A stretch of 64,000 nt of DNA, taken from the NCBI GenBank assembly GCA_001949185.1, contig BDGG01000010.1, positions 1,001,773 to 1,065,772 on the forward strand, read 5' to 3'. A program made the position numbers and the translations under genes. A model generated the notes under the pieces. The model ran no database searches. It saw nothing but the letters and a program-made list of their open reading frames with translations, and was not told where the DNA came from. Positions 63,340 through 64,000 of the stretch are shown here, one piece after another (position 1 is the first letter of the stretch; every line of letters begins with the position of its first letter). This stretch comes from Ramazzottius varieornatus. Taxonomy: Eukaryota > Animalia > Tardigrada.

Positions 63340-64000
63340 AGATGGGAAGGTTTTCTGGGACTTGGATGGAAGGCCGGACAACGAAGCCTCTTCTCCCCAA
63401 TAAACTCACGTACCGATTTTCTTGTAGTGCTATCGTAAATCTTATTTGCTCTCCCTGCCACTATATTGTTTCCCTACATTATCTTTATAACGTTCCCAGT
63501 TTTTTTCGATCTGCGCTTTAAGTTAGGTTCCTTGTATCGTTTAAAACATTTCAATTTGTATCCAATGCGTTATTTCGTTTTCTGTCTTCTAGGTGCAAGG
63601 AACTTTGCATATTGTTTTGAAGATAATACCTGCTTACAAAGAATTCAAGAAGAAATCCCTTCCTGTTCTCGTAGTTTCGTAAAAGCATCAGACCTCTCAA
63701 GGCTTCGGCATAGCATGTAAGATTTCAGAGTCTATGGCGTAAGTTTTTTCTCATTGTGCAAAATAGGCCAGTGAATATTCCGGAGTAATAATAAGTCCAC
63801 TTTCTTCTGGGTTTTTTCGTAGGTGAGGGATCGAGGTATGACTTCGCCGAGAAGCTTGTAAGGTACAAAGAGTGATTGTTGGTTCTTCTCGCCGTAAAGC
63901 TTACGATTGGTCATTTCGGTGTGTTTTTACTACGCAGGACTGACCGCGTTATTCTGTTCGCCCAGCTCGGCCATTGGAATGGCTGATCAGTTCTGTTGGA

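Noticed and set aside
63732-64000. Short minus-strand ORF at the window edge
   Set aside because: No recognisable domain; cannot be evaluated without flanking sequence.

Overview
A gene-dense animal genome window with GT-AG introns of about 50-150 nt and intergenic gaps that are often under 1 kb. The style resembles compact invertebrate genomes such as tardigrades, but the taxon is my inference only. Genes were spliced by hand; family assignments come from recalled motifs, not database searches. Recognised genes, in order: MED28, C1D, a TCF20/RAI1-like ePHD protein, a small secreted six-cysteine peptide, RABGEF1, CDC23, SVOP, TBX1/org-1, a four-TM protein, four tandem TMEM97 (sigma-2 receptor) paralogs interrupted by a decayed tyrosine-recombinase (DIRS/Ngaro-type) retrotransposon, a KCTD10-like gene, cytohesin, an OATP/SLCO transporter, PRDM14, LIPT1, FGFR1OP2/SIKE, PPP1R16, RPL7A and PRC1. 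There are also two MITE families (two copies each). Main leads: (1) two families of short, mostly intronic inverted repeats with conserved arms and a near-fixed-length but variable spacer (9 and 5 copies); (2) a knottin-like secreted peptide visible only after splicing, plus a possible degenerate relative; (3) a TMEM97 paralog with a natural Asp29->Asn change and another with a dead splice acceptor on an in-frame intron; (4) a clear PRDM14 orthologue; (5) an operon-like or nested FGFR1OP2-LIPT1 junction.
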